A stretch of 64,000 nucleotides of DNA from a virus. The stretch covers positions 1 through 64,000 of IMG/VR virus record IMGVR_UViG_3300032309_002930; one strand, 5' to 3'. Below are positions 38,189-48,216 of this stretch, piece after piece (within the stretch, counting starts at the first letter, position 1; every line of letters begins with the position of its first letter). Made by a program: the position numbers and the translations under genes. The notes beneath the pieces were generated by a model. That model worked only from the letters and a program-made list of their open reading frames with translations, did not search any database and was not told the DNA's origin.

Positions 38189-39104
38189 AAAAATTTTTAT
38201 AACAGGTGGAGCTGGATTTTTAGGTAAAAATTTAATAAAATTATTATATAACGAAAATGAAATAACTGTATATTCAAGAGACGAATCTAAACATTATTTT
38301 TTAAAAAAACAATTTCCATCCGTAAATTTTATTATTGGAGACATAAGAAATAAAGACCTTTTAATTAGAAAATCTAAAAATCATACAGTAGGAATATTTG
38401 CGGCTTCATTAAAACAAATAGAAGCTTGTGATGAAAATTACGAAGAAGCGGCTAAAATAATAATAGATGGAGCTTTTAATTCTAGACTAGCTGCGGAAGA
38501 AAATAAATTTAAATCTGCATGCTTTATATCATCTGATAAAAGCAGAGCAGCTACAACTATTTATGGCGCCATGAAATATGTTGCTGGTGAAGGTTTTATA
38601 TCTGGAAGTTCTAACGTTAAATTAACTACAGCGATTTATGGAAACGTTATGAACTCAACAGGATCTATTATACCATTAATTTGGAATTTTATAAATAATA
38701 ATAAATGTTTAACTTTGTATGGAGAAAATATGACTAGATTTTTACTGGATGTAGAAGACGCTATTAATTTAATACTTAAATCTAGCAAATATGAAAATTG
38801 TAGTTTAATTCCTACTGCTAATTCATTTAAAATACAAGATTTATTTGAAATATACTCTAAAGAGTTTAAATTAAAATATAAAATATCTAAACCCAGAACA
38901 GGTGAAAAAATACACGAAATAATGTCATCAGCAGAAGAGATTAGAAGACTAGAATTTATACAAAATGATAATTTATATTTATTGCATCCTAAAAAAGAAA
39001 TCAATACAGTTTCATTTCAGAATGATGAATATTCTTCAAGAGATAGATGTTTAAGCAAAGACGAACTTTACGATTACTTAAAAAGTAAAAATTTTTATAA
39101 ATGA
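38178..39104 (+). CDS. UDP-GlcNAc 4,6-dehydratase-like protein (CapD/PseB/FnlA family)
   Basis: TGGAGFLG, YSRDE.K, SSDK, YGAMK, YGNV, MTRF, GEKIHE. Confidence 0.85.
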   Translation: MKNEKIFITGGAGFLGKNLIKLLYNENEITVYSRDESKHYFLKKQFPSVNFIIGDIRNKDLLIRKSKNHTVGIFAASLKQIEACDENYEEAAKIIIDGAFNSRLAAEENKFKSACFISSDKSRAATTIYGAMKYVAGEGFISGSSNVKLTTAIYGNVMNSTGSIIPLIWNFINNNKCLTLYGENMTRFLLDVEDAINLILKSSKYENCSLIPTANSFKIQDLFEIYSKEFKLKYKISKPRTGEKIHEIMSSAEEIRRLEFIQNDNLYLLHPKKEINTVSFQNDEYSSRDRCLSKDELYDYLKSKNFYK

Positions 39105-39910
39105 AATTAATATTATTTGGTTCAAATGGTATGCTTGGAAACTATTTAAAATCTTATCTTTCGGATAAATATCATACTTTAGCTTTAACTAGAAAAGATA
39201 TAGATTTAGCTCACGCTAGCGAATCTGAACTATTAATTTTTTTACAAAATAATGTAAAAAAAAATGATATTATTGTGAACGCGGCTGGAGTTATAAAACA
39301 AAGAGAATACGACGCAAAGGATATGATAATGGTTAACGCAATATTTCCTAATATATTAGCTAAATTTAAAGATGAAATTGGTTGTGAAATTATACATATA
39401 ACAACTGATTGCGTTTATAGCGGAAACAAAGGATCATATGATGAATCTAGTTTACATGATTGTACAGATGACTATGGCAAAAGTAAGTCTTTGGGTGAAA
39501 ATATAAAATTAACAAACATTAGAACTTCAATTATTGGCGAAGAAAAATTAAATAAAAAATCTTTACTAGAATGGCTCAGATCTAATAAAAATAAAACAAT
39601 AAATGGTTATGACAATCATTTATGGAATGGTATCACTTGTTTAGAATTATCTAAATTAGTTAATGATATAATTAAAACGAATTCTTATTGGCATGGTATA
39701 AGACATGTATTCTCACCAAATACTGTAAGTAAATACGAATTAACGAATATGATCAATGAAATTTATGATCTAAATATAAAAATTAATAAAATAACGACAA
39801 ATATAAATTGCTATAGGAATTTAAGTTCAAAATTTCCTAAATTAATAACAAAAATACTATACGAACAAATATTAGAATTAAAAAATTATAGCGATTATAA
39901 TATAATATGA
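39101..39910 (+). CDS. RmlD-like SDR reductase
   Basis: GSNGMLG, TTDCVYSG, YGKSK, RTSIIG. Confidence 0.85.
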   Translation: MKLILFGSNGMLGNYLKSYLSDKYHTLALTRKDIDLAHASESELLIFLQNNVKKNDIIVNAAGVIKQREYDAKDMIMVNAIFPNILAKFKDEIGCEIIHITTDCVYSGNKGSYDESSLHDCTDDYGKSKSLGENIKLTNIRTSIIGEEKLNKKSLLEWLRSNKNKTINGYDNHLWNGITCLELSKLVNDIIKTNSYWHGIRHVFSPNTVSKYELTNMINEIYDLNIKINKITTNINCYRNLSSKFPKLITKILYEQILELKNYSDYNII

Positions 39911-40761
39911 GAAAATTATACGACTGTTTTAATTTTTTTAATGAGTTGGATATTCTTGAGTTAAGATTAAATATTTTATACGACGTAGTTGATTTTTTTA
40001 TAATAGTTGAATCTGACTTAACTCATAGTGGACAAAAAAAACCTTTTTATTTTGAAGAAAATAAACATAGATTTTCTAAATTTTTGGATAAGATTATATC
40101 ATATAAAATATATGACAATCCTTCTGATTTTGTAAATTTACCTAATACACAAGATGTGGAATTGCAAAAGATTTATGATTTTATGAAAATTACAAAAAAA
40201 TTTAATCCATATTTTCAACCTGATTATGGTAGAGATTTTTTTCAAAAAGAAAGCGTCAGAAGAGCTTTGCAGAATTGCGATGAAAATGATATAATTATTA
40301 TTTCAGATGCTGATGAAATACCAGATCCTAAAGTACTTAAAGATATAGAAAAATTAGATCTAGATAATACCATATACTCTTTAAATCAACCCATGTATTG
40401 TTTTTATTTAAATGTTTTAAAAGAAAACGAATGGTGTGGTTCAAAAATTGGTATTTATAAGAATATGAAAAAATATTCATTTAATGAAATCCGAGGAGAT
40501 CATTCTTTAAGTTCTATTATACCCAAAGCTGGTTGGCATTTTAGTTTTATGGGTGGAGAAGAAATGGTTAAAAATAAAATACTATCTTATTCAGCCAGAG
40601 ATATGGTAGATAACAATGTTTTATCATCAATTAAAAATAATATGATTAATAATATTGACCCATATTTTAGATCTACCCTCACTAAAGTAGATATTCAATC
40701 TACGCACCCAAAATATATTTTAGATAATATTGAAAAATATAAAGATATGATAAAACTATAA
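39907..40761 (+). CDS. GT17-like beta-GlcNAc transferase
   Basis: FFNELDILELR, SDADEIP, GWHFSF. Confidence 0.85.
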   Translation: MRKLYDCFNFFNELDILELRLNILYDVVDFFIIVESDLTHSGQKKPFYFEENKHRFSKFLDKIISYKIYDNPSDFVNLPNTQDVELQKIYDFMKITKKFNPYFQPDYGRDFFQKESVRRALQNCDENDIIIISDADEIPDPKVLKDIEKLDLDNTIYSLNQPMYCFYLNVLKENEWCGSKIGIYKNMKKYSFNEIRGDHSLSSIIPKAGWHFSFMGGEEMVKNKILSYSARDMVDNNVLSSIKNNMINNIDPYFRSTLTKVDIQSTHPKYILDNIEKYKDMIKL

Positions 40762-40762
40762 A

Positions 40763-41665
40763 ATGTTAAATAAATACAAAGTAATAATTTGGGGACATAA
40801 ACTCCATTCGCACACCCATTCTTATATTCATAATGCTTACTACAAAGCTTTTAAATTTTTAGGATTTGAAACATATTGGCTTGATAATAGTGATGATATA
40901 TCCAATTTAAATTTTGATAATTGTATATTTTTTACAGAAGATCAAGTTCAACATAGCATACCATTAAACAAAAATTCATTCTATATTTTGCATCATTGTA
41001 AACTAGATAAATATATTGATAATGGACTTAGATATATAAATTTATGCAATTATGTAAATGATTGTCAATTAGGCAAATCTTATAATTATGAAAATTCAAA
41101 TGTAGAAAAAATAAATTATTATACATATTACGATTCAGTAAATAAAGCTTTATATCAACCTTGGGCTACAGATTTATTTCCAGAACAAATGGCTGATAAT
41201 TTTGTAAAACTAAATAAAAGTTTAAATAATATATATTATATAGGTTCTATTTGGGAAGAAAATATAAAAGAAATTCAAGATTTTAATAAAGCTTGTGTTG
41301 AAAATAACAAACAAATAGTTTCTATAAGAAACGTTGATGATGAAACAAATAAAAAATTAATAAATGAATCATACATATCTCCAGATATAAGATGCAAAGG
41401 ACATAGAGAAGTAGGATATATCCCATGTAGAATTTTTAAAAATTTAAGTTACGGACATATTCCAGCTACGAATTCTATTTATGTAAGAGATTTTTTTGGA
41501 ATAAATTCTCTCCCATATGCATCAAACTGTTATGATTTATTTAAAGTTAATGAAAATTTTATTAATAGTGATGAAAATTTAGAAAATTCAAAATTTCTCT
41601 TATCTGAAATAAAAAATAATCATACCTATATTACTAGAGTAAATTCTTTATTGAATTTTGTATAA
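40763..41665 (+). CDS. glycosyltransferase-like hypothetical protein
   Basis: HTHSYIH, GYIPCRIFKN.SYG, HTYITR. Confidence 0.55.
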   Translation: MLNKYKVIIWGHKLHSHTHSYIHNAYYKAFKFLGFETYWLDNSDDISNLNFDNCIFFTEDQVQHSIPLNKNSFYILHHCKLDKYIDNGLRYINLCNYVNDCQLGKSYNYENSNVEKINYYTYYDSVNKALYQPWATDLFPEQMADNFVKLNKSLNNIYYIGSIWEENIKEIQDFNKACVENNKQIVSIRNVDDETNKKLINESYISPDIRCKGHREVGYIPCRIFKNLSYGHIPATNSIYVRDFFGINSLPYASNCYDLFKVNENFINSDENLENSKFLLSEIKNNHTYITRVNSLLNFV

Positions 41666-41687
41666 TAAAATCATACAATCAATAGTT

Positions 41688-42860
41688 ATGAACGCAAATA
41701 TAAAAGATACTTATTACGGTAAAAAAATAGATACAGCTAATATCTTAAACATTGAAGACGCAAGTAAACTAATTAATAATAGGAAAACAATTATTGTAAC
41801 TGGAGTCACTGGTCAAGATGGCAGTCATATGGTGGATTTCCTACTTAAAAATACTGATTATCTTATTTTTGGTGGAGTCAGAAGATTAAGCGTATATAAT
41901 CATGAAAATATTAAGCATATTAATTCTGATAGATTTTATCTTATTAATTTTGATTTAACTGATGCTCATGCGATATCAAGGACAATAGAGAAGCTACAGC
42001 CAGATTATTTTGTTAATTTTGCTGCTCAAAGTTTTGTTGCAAGTAGTTGGGATTTTTCTAGACAAACTTGGCACACTAATTCAACGGCTGTTCTAGATAT
42101 ACTTGAAGCAATTAGATTGTATAAACCATCTTGTAGATTATATCAAGCTGGCTCTAGTGAAGAATTTGGAAATGTAAAATACTCTCCACAAGATGAAGAT
42201 CACCCATTAAAACCAAGAAGTCCATATGGAGCAAGTAAAGCTGCCTCTAGACAACTAGTAAAAGTATATAGAGAATCTTATGGCATATATGCAATTCAAG
42301 GTTGGCTATTTAATCACGAAGGGACAAGAAGAGGCGAAGAATTTGTCACAAGAAAAATTAGTAAAAATGTAGCGCGTATTTATAATGCAATTAAAAATAA
42401 TGAAGATTTTCAACCACTTGAATTAGGAAATATTGAAGCCAAAAGAGATTGGAGTGATGCAGAAGATTTTGTAGAAGGAGTCTGGATGATGTTGAATCAA
42501 GATAAATATAATAAAAATTATTCTGGCGAACCAAAGGAGTATATATTTTCATCAAATGAAACTCATACTATTAGAGAGTTTGTTGAAAAAGCTTTTCGAT
42601 ACGCGGATATTAATGGATCTTGGATTTACTTAGATCCAGACTGCAAAGCAGAAGATGAAATTTTTTGCACAAAAAAAGATAATGGTGAATACAAAGTACT
42701 AGTAAGAATTAATCCTAAATTCTATAGACCAGCAGAAGTAGAATTACTTCTAGGAGACTCAAATAAAGCAAGAGAAGAATTAAATTGGAAACCTAAAATT
42801 TCTTTTGATAATTTAGTCAAAAAAATGGTAGATTGGGATATACAGAAATCTAAAGAGTGA
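41688..42860 (+). CDS. gmd: GDP-mannose 4,6-dehydratase
   Basis: TGVTGQDGS, AAQSFV, PRSPYGASK, FNHE, FVTRKI, RDW, RPAEV; start from TTGAAT-17-TACAAT-8-ATG. Confidence 0.93.
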   Translation: MNANIKDTYYGKKIDTANILNIEDASKLINNRKTIIVTGVTGQDGSHMVDFLLKNTDYLIFGGVRRLSVYNHENIKHINSDRFYLINFDLTDAHAISRTIEKLQPDYFVNFAAQSFVASSWDFSRQTWHTNSTAVLDILEAIRLYKPSCRLYQAGSSEEFGNVKYSPQDEDHPLKPRSPYGASKAASRQLVKVYRESYGIYAIQGWLFNHEGTRRGEEFVTRKISKNVARIYNAIKNNEDFQPLELGNIEAKRDWSDAEDFVEGVWMMLNQDKYNKNYSGEPKEYIFSSNETHTIREFVEKAFRYADINGSWIYLDPDCKAEDEIFCTKKDNGEYKVLVRINPKFYRPAEVELLLGDSNKAREELNWKPKISFDNLVKKMVDWDIQKSKE

Positions 42861-43834
42861 ATATACTAGTAACTGGTGGGCTGGGTTTTATTGGTTCTAA
42901 TTTTATTAAATTTATAATTAATAAAAAAGAAACAAATATTATCATAAATATAGACACGACAACAAAACAACATTCTGCAGCCAATGAAAAAAACGTAAAA
43001 GATTTTAAAGATAACCCTAAATATAAATTTTATGATTTTTGGTTAGAGATGCTAGACAATGCTTTTATTAAAGATCAATTTAAACAATTGATCAAAGATC
43101 ATAATATAACTCATATAGTTCATTTCGCAGCCGAATCACATGTAGATAATTCAATATCTGATCCCAAACGATTTATTCAATCGAATATATTAGGTACATT
43201 TAATCTCTTAGAAATTATTAGAGATTTTCCAGAAATTAGATTTCATCATATATCTACTGATGAAGTTTATGGCAGTTTAGGAGATGAAGGAAAATTTACA
43301 GAAACAACAGCTTACGCTCCAAATTCTCCATACTCCGCTTCAAAAGCTTCTAGTGATATGTTGGTAAGAGCATATCACCATACATTTAAAGCTTTAGTTA
43401 CAATTTCTAATTGTTCAAATAATTATGGACCAAATCAACATAATGAAAAATTTATTCCAGTTGTCATAAATTCTATATTAAACAATAAAAAAATACCAGT
43501 TTATGGTAATGGAAAAAATGTAAGAGATTGGATTTTTGTTGATGATCATTGTGAGGCCATATGGTTTGTACTTAATAATGGCAGGATTGGAGAAACTTAT
43601 AATATAGGTGGAAATTGCGAAAAGACAAATCTAGATATCATTAATGATATTTGCAAAGTTTTAAATTTAAATCCTCAAGATCATATATCTTTCGTAGAGG
43701 ACAGAAAAGGCCATGATTTTAGATACGCAATTGATAATTCAAAAATTAATAAAGAATTAAATTGGTTTCCAACAACATCATTTGAAGATGGAATATTAAA
43801 GACTATAGATTATTATAAAAATAAAACTTGCTAA
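42857..43834 (+). CDS. rmlB: dTDP-glucose 4,6-dehydratase
   Basis: TGGLGFIGS, AAESHVD, STDEVYG, YSASK, NNYGP, DRKGHDFRY. Confidence 0.95.
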   Translation: MNILVTGGLGFIGSNFIKFIINKKETNIIINIDTTTKQHSAANEKNVKDFKDNPKYKFYDFWLEMLDNAFIKDQFKQLIKDHNITHIVHFAAESHVDNSISDPKRFIQSNILGTFNLLEIIRDFPEIRFHHISTDEVYGSLGDEGKFTETTAYAPNSPYSASKASSDMLVRAYHHTFKALVTISNCSNNYGPNQHNEKFIPVVINSILNNKKIPVYGNGKNVRDWIFVDDHCEAIWFVLNNGRIGETYNIGGNCEKTNLDIINDICKVLNLNPQDHISFVEDRKGHDFRYAIDNSKINKELNWFPTTSFEDGILKTIDYYKNKTC

Positions 43835-43862
43835 TATTATAAACTTATATTATAAATATAGC

Positions 43863-44216
43863 ATGTCTAGTAGTAAATTTACTCCCCATAAACTGTGTCA
43901 ATTTATAGTTAAAAAATATATTAAGAATAATGTAAATTGGCCTAGAGAAATAAAGATCGCTAAAACTTTAATCAAAACTAATAAAGGATACTCTTTTTGG
44001 AATAGTTTAAAGGAATTAAAATTACCTAGTTTGGCTTGGTTTTTAACAGATCAAGGAAAAGCTTTTCTAGCCATAGAACATAAAAAGAATGAATTATGTT
44101 TAGATAATAAACAAGAAAAAATAGTACTTAATGAAAATAAAGTGGGAGAAGATAAAAAAGTTTGTCAAAAACCTAAAAGTCTGTTAGAATTTATTACATA
44201 TGGCAAAAAAATCTAA
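43863..44216 (+). CDS. hypothetical protein
   Basis: 117 aa; first gene of the replication block; TTGCTA-17-TATAAA-6-ATG. Confidence 0.65.
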   Translation: MSSSKFTPHKLCQFIVKKYIKNNVNWPREIKIAKTLIKTNKGYSFWNSLKELKLPSLAWFLTDQGKAFLAIEHKKNELCLDNKQEKIVLNENKVGEDKKVCQKPKSLLEFITYGKKI

Positions 44217-45342
44217 AGAAGAAATTATTGAAGCATCTGGTCCAAGTGCATCAGATAGATTATTATCGTTTTTAAAAGACAACAAAGAGGATCATTATAA
44301 TTTTGAAGATGAGATATATTATAAGGTATCTACTGGTAGTTTAAATTTGGATATCGCTACGGGTGGTGGTTTATGTCCAGGTTTACATAGATTTATTGGA
44401 ATGAATGAGGGTGGTAAAACCTCAGAAGCATTAGAAGTAACAAAGAACTTTCTTAAATCAGTAGAAAACTCTAGAGCTTTACTATTCAAAGCAGAGGGTA
44501 GATTAAGCAAAGAAATTAAAGAGCGTTCTGGAATTAAATTCGTAACTGATCCCAAAGAATGGGTTGATGGAACTTGCTTTGTATTTGAATGTAATATTTT
44601 TGAAACTGTTTCAGAATTGATGAAGGATCTTATTCAATCTAATGATGAAAATAAAAGATATATGTTTATTCTTGATTCAGTTGACGGCTTGATGACAAAA
44701 GGTGATGCTCAAAAAAGCATGACAGAAGCAACAAAAGTTGCTGGTGGAGCAGTTATTTCATCAATGCTAATGAAGAAGATTTCCCTCGCTCTTTCTAAAC
44801 GTGGTCACATGGCAATCTTTATTAGTCAAGTTAGATCAGATATTAAACTTGACCCTTATGCAGCAAATAAGGATATTCGTCAAACTACTGCAACTGGTGG
44901 AAATGCATTATTACATTTTGCTAATTGGATTCTAGAATTCGAACCAAAGTTTAACAAGGATCTTATTCTTGAAAAACCAAATGACAGATATGACCCAGTA
45001 AAGAATAAGATAATTGGACATAATGTAAAAATTGCAATTAAGAAATCAACTAATGAATCCACAAATTCAAAAGTTCAATATCCAATTAAATATGGTCGCA
45101 AAGATGGTTCGTCAGTTTGGAAAGAATATGAAGTAATTGATCAAATTCTTTCTTGGGAATTTGCATCAGCTAAAGGGGCATGGGTAACATTCTCAGATGA
45201 AATTATCGCCGAACTAAAAGAACAAAATTTAGAACTAAAAAAGCAACACCAAGGTATAGATAATCTAAGATCTTATCTAGAAGAAAATAAACCAATTGTT
45301 GATTATTTTTATAATAAATTTATTCAAACCCTTGCTTCATGA
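44200..45342 (+). CDS. recA: RecA/UvsX-like recombinase
   Basis: STGSLNLDIA.GGG, GMNEGGKTS, ILDSV, FISQVR, TGGNAL. Confidence 0.9.
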   Translation: MAKKSKEEIIEASGPSASDRLLSFLKDNKEDHYNFEDEIYYKVSTGSLNLDIATGGGLCPGLHRFIGMNEGGKTSEALEVTKNFLKSVENSRALLFKAEGRLSKEIKERSGIKFVTDPKEWVDGTCFVFECNIFETVSELMKDLIQSNDENKRYMFILDSVDGLMTKGDAQKSMTEATKVAGGAVISSMLMKKISLALSKRGHMAIFISQVRSDIKLDPYAANKDIRQTTATGGNALLHFANWILEFEPKFNKDLILEKPNDRYDPVKNKIIGHNVKIAIKKSTNESTNSKVQYPIKYGRKDGSSVWKEYEVIDQILSWEFASAKGAWVTFSDEIIAELKEQNLELKKQHQGIDNLRSYLEENKPIVDYFYNKFIQTLAS

Positions 45343-45758
45343 GATTATTAAATGTTAACGGAACTCTCGTTAACAAAAATGTAAGGAAATATCTAGTAAA
45401 TTGGGATGGCAAATGCAGAAGCAAACTGCAATTTAAATTCAAACAATTCTTTTATCCTTACTGGAAAAATCACATTGTATACGAAGAGTTTCCAGTTTAT
45501 GGAAGCATGCTTAAAGTTGATTTATTAAATGCAACAAAAAAGATAGCAGTTGAGATACAGGGTGACCAGCATGAATCTTTTAATAAATTCTTTCATGATA
45601 ATTCTAGATTAAAATACCTTCAAAGCATCAAAAGAGATGTTAAAAAAGAAAAATGGCTTGAAATAAATGAATTTAAATTCCTTCAACTCTATGAATCTGA
45701 TTTAAAAACTTTATCACCACAATACATAGAAGAAAAGTGTGGAATTTTAATTATTTAA
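45339..45758 (+). CDS. Vsr/DUF559-like endonuclease
   Basis: EEFP..D..IAVEIQGDQH..RD..K. Confidence 0.75.
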   Translation: MRLLNVNGTLVNKNVRKYLVNWDGKCRSKLQFKFKQFFYPYWKNHIVYEEFPVYGSMLKVDLLNATKKIAVEIQGDQHESFNKFFHDNSRLKYLQSIKRDVKKEKWLEINEFKFLQLYESDLKTLSPQYIEEKCGILII

Positions 45759-45770
45759 GTGTAAAATTAG

Positions 45771-46037
45771 GTGGTGACTAATAAGAAAAAATTCAATTTT
45801 CCAGATGCACTTTTAAAGCAAATTGATGAATGCAGTTTCGGTGGATATGTTCTTTTTAATTTCTCAAATAAAGGCGAGCCTCAAGTATTCACAAAGTTTG
45901 ATAATCAAATAAATGCTATGGCGCTTTTATATTATTTAAATACTTGGAGCCAAAGCGTAGATCAACTTAATTTAGAAGCCACAACAGATTTAATTGCTAG
46001 AAAAAATGACGAAGAAGACCAAGAAGACGAAGATTAA
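45771..46037 (+). CDS. hypothetical protein
   Basis: 88 aa with acidic tail; GTGTAA at 45759-45764. Confidence 0.6.
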   Translation: MVTNKKKFNFPDALLKQIDECSFGGYVLFNFSNKGEPQVFTKFDNQINAMALLYYLNTWSQSVDQLNLEATTDLIARKNDEEDQEDED

Positions 46038-46075
46038 CTTGACTTTTAATTTTTAATATAGTATCATAATTGTTG

Positions 46076-47560
46076 ATGATTTATTCTATTCAAGTAGAAA
46101 GACATGTTTTAAGTGGTTTAATTAAATATCAAAATTTATTTGCAGAAGTAGATATTTTCTTAAATGATACTGATTTCTTTAATGAAGTTCATTCCACGAT
46201 ATATTCTGTTTACAAAAGCATAGCTCATAAAGGTGAAAAAGTAGATAAAGTACTTTTAGCGGAAAAGATTAAAAATCTTGGGATATCTTTTAAAGATGAT
46301 ATTAATATATTTGATTATATTGAGAATTTAGTTTTCTCACAAATCACAGAAGAAGCTACTATGAACGCTTGTAAAGAACTAATGAAATTAAGAATCCGCA
46401 GAGAGATAGTCCAAACAGCAGATAAACTAAAATCTTTTGTCACAAAAAATGGCGAAGATGCAATTGACAAGATCATCGCGGAAGCAGATTCTATTTATAA
46501 TAATAAAATTTCATCTTATATTTCGAAAGATGAACCAATTAATTTATTTGAAGGAGTTGAAGATATAATTGAGGAGTTAGGAAATAATCCTAGAGAAGAC
46601 TCTGGTTTGATTACTGGTTATCCAGAGTTTAATAGACTTTATGGTGGTTTAAAGAATGGAAACATTTACGCAATCGTAAGTCGTCCAGGCCAAGGAAAAT
46701 CTACTTGGATAAATGATATATGTTTTAATGTAGCGAAGAACCCAAAGAATAAAGTTAAAACGTTAATTCTAGATACCGAAATGCAGACCTTTGATATTCA
46801 ATTAAGAATGGTATCTTCTATATCAGACGTACCAATGTGGTATCTCGAAACTGGAAATTGGCGCAAAAATGAAGATATGACTAAAAAAGTTAGAGCAGCT
46901 TGGGCTCATGTTAAAAATTACGAACATTACCATTATCACGTTGGAAGTAAAAATATTGATCAAATCTGTTCTATGATTCGTAGATGGTACTTATCAAAAG
47001 TAGGAAGAGGAAACCAAGCTTTGATTGCTTATGATTACATTAAACTAACTGGAGAAAAGGTTGGGCAAAATTGGGCAGAACATCAAGCTATTGGAGACAA
47101 GATTGATAAACTTAAAAGAATTTCAGAAGAAATTAATTGCCCAATCGTAACCGCTATGCAACTTAATAGAACTGGAGAAAACTTTAATAGAAATGCTTCA
47201 GCAGTTGTTGATGATAGTTCTGCGATTTCTTTGTCAGATAGACTACAATGGTTTGCTTCATTTGTAGCGATTTTCAGAAGAAAAACATTAGATGAATTAG
47301 CTTTGGATGGCCAACAATTTGGAACTCATAAATTAATTCCAACCAAAACTAGATTTCAAGGTAGAGAAGCAGCTGGACATCAAGACTTGGTTAGAAGACT
47401 AGACGCTACTGGTAAAGAGACTTGGGCACAAAATTATTTAAATTATAATGTACAAAATTTTAAGATTGAAGAACGAGGATCTTTACATGATATCGCTACA
47501 AGACAAAGAGAGCAATATCAATTAAATGATCAAAGCGCAAATGACGGAGAATTATTGTGA
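46076..47560 (+). CDS. dnaB: replicative DNA helicase
   Basis: N-terminal ERHVLSG, SRPGQGKS, DTEM, YDYIK, QLNR. Confidence 0.93.
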   Translation: MIYSIQVERHVLSGLIKYQNLFAEVDIFLNDTDFFNEVHSTIYSVYKSIAHKGEKVDKVLLAEKIKNLGISFKDDINIFDYIENLVFSQITEEATMNACKELMKLRIRREIVQTADKLKSFVTKNGEDAIDKIIAEADSIYNNKISSYISKDEPINLFEGVEDIIEELGNNPREDSGLITGYPEFNRLYGGLKNGNIYAIVSRPGQGKSTWINDICFNVAKNPKNKVKTLILDTEMQTFDIQLRMVSSISDVPMWYLETGNWRKNEDMTKKVRAAWAHVKNYEHYHYHVGSKNIDQICSMIRRWYLSKVGRGNQALIAYDYIKLTGEKVGQNWAEHQAIGDKIDKLKRISEEINCPIVTAMQLNRTGENFNRNASAVVDDSSAISLSDRLQWFASFVAIFRRKTLDELALDGQQFGTHKLIPTKTRFQGREAAGHQDLVRRLDATGKETWAQNYLNYNVQNFKIEERGSLHDIATRQREQYQLNDQSANDGELL

Positions 47561-48216
47561 ATGTAAAATTAGTATCTATAACGAAACCAGATATTGAAGG
47601 ATTACAAAATGCAGAAGATCTAGTAGCTTATTGTGCCAGAGTAAGCAATCCATCTAATCAAATGAATTCTGAAACCGCTCCAAAATTACTTGGATTTCTA
47701 ATTAAGCATAAACATTGGAGCCCATTTGAAATGGTTGATATGACAGTGGAAATTAAAACAAGCAGAGCAATTGCAACCCAAATTTTAAGGCATAGATCAT
47801 TTAGTTTTCAAGAATTTAGTCAAAGATATAGCGCGGCAACAGATTTTGAAGATATTGAATTTAGATTGCAAGGAGATAAAAATCGTCAAGTAGGAGAGAA
47901 TTTATTAGATCCAACAGATTTAAGATATGCAGATTTATATACTTCAGTTAAAGAAGCTATGGAAGCTTCAATTATTGCTTATAATAAAATGATCCACAAT
48001 GGAATAGCAAAAGAAGTAGCGCGAATGATTCTTCCACTAACAACCGAAACAACAATGTACATGAAAGGCTCGCTTAGAAGCTGGGTTCATTATCTTGAGT
48101 TAAGAACAGAGAAAAATACTCAAAAAGAACATAGACTGATTGCGGATGAATGTAAAAATATTTTTATTAAAAATTTTCCAACAATAAGCGAGGCATTACA
48201 ATGGAAAGCGGAATAA
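47557..48216 (+). CDS. thyX: flavin-dependent thymidylate synthase
   Basis: HWSPFE, QILRHRSFSFQEFSQRY, E.AR, LR....Q.E. Confidence 0.96.
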   Translation: MNVKLVSITKPDIEGLQNAEDLVAYCARVSNPSNQMNSETAPKLLGFLIKHKHWSPFEMVDMTVEIKTSRAIATQILRHRSFSFQEFSQRYSAATDFEDIEFRLQGDKNRQVGENLLDPTDLRYADLYTSVKEAMEASIIAYNKMIHNGIAKEVARMILPLTTETTMYMKGSLRSWVHYLELRTEKNTQKEHRLIADECKNIFIKNFPTISEALQWKAE

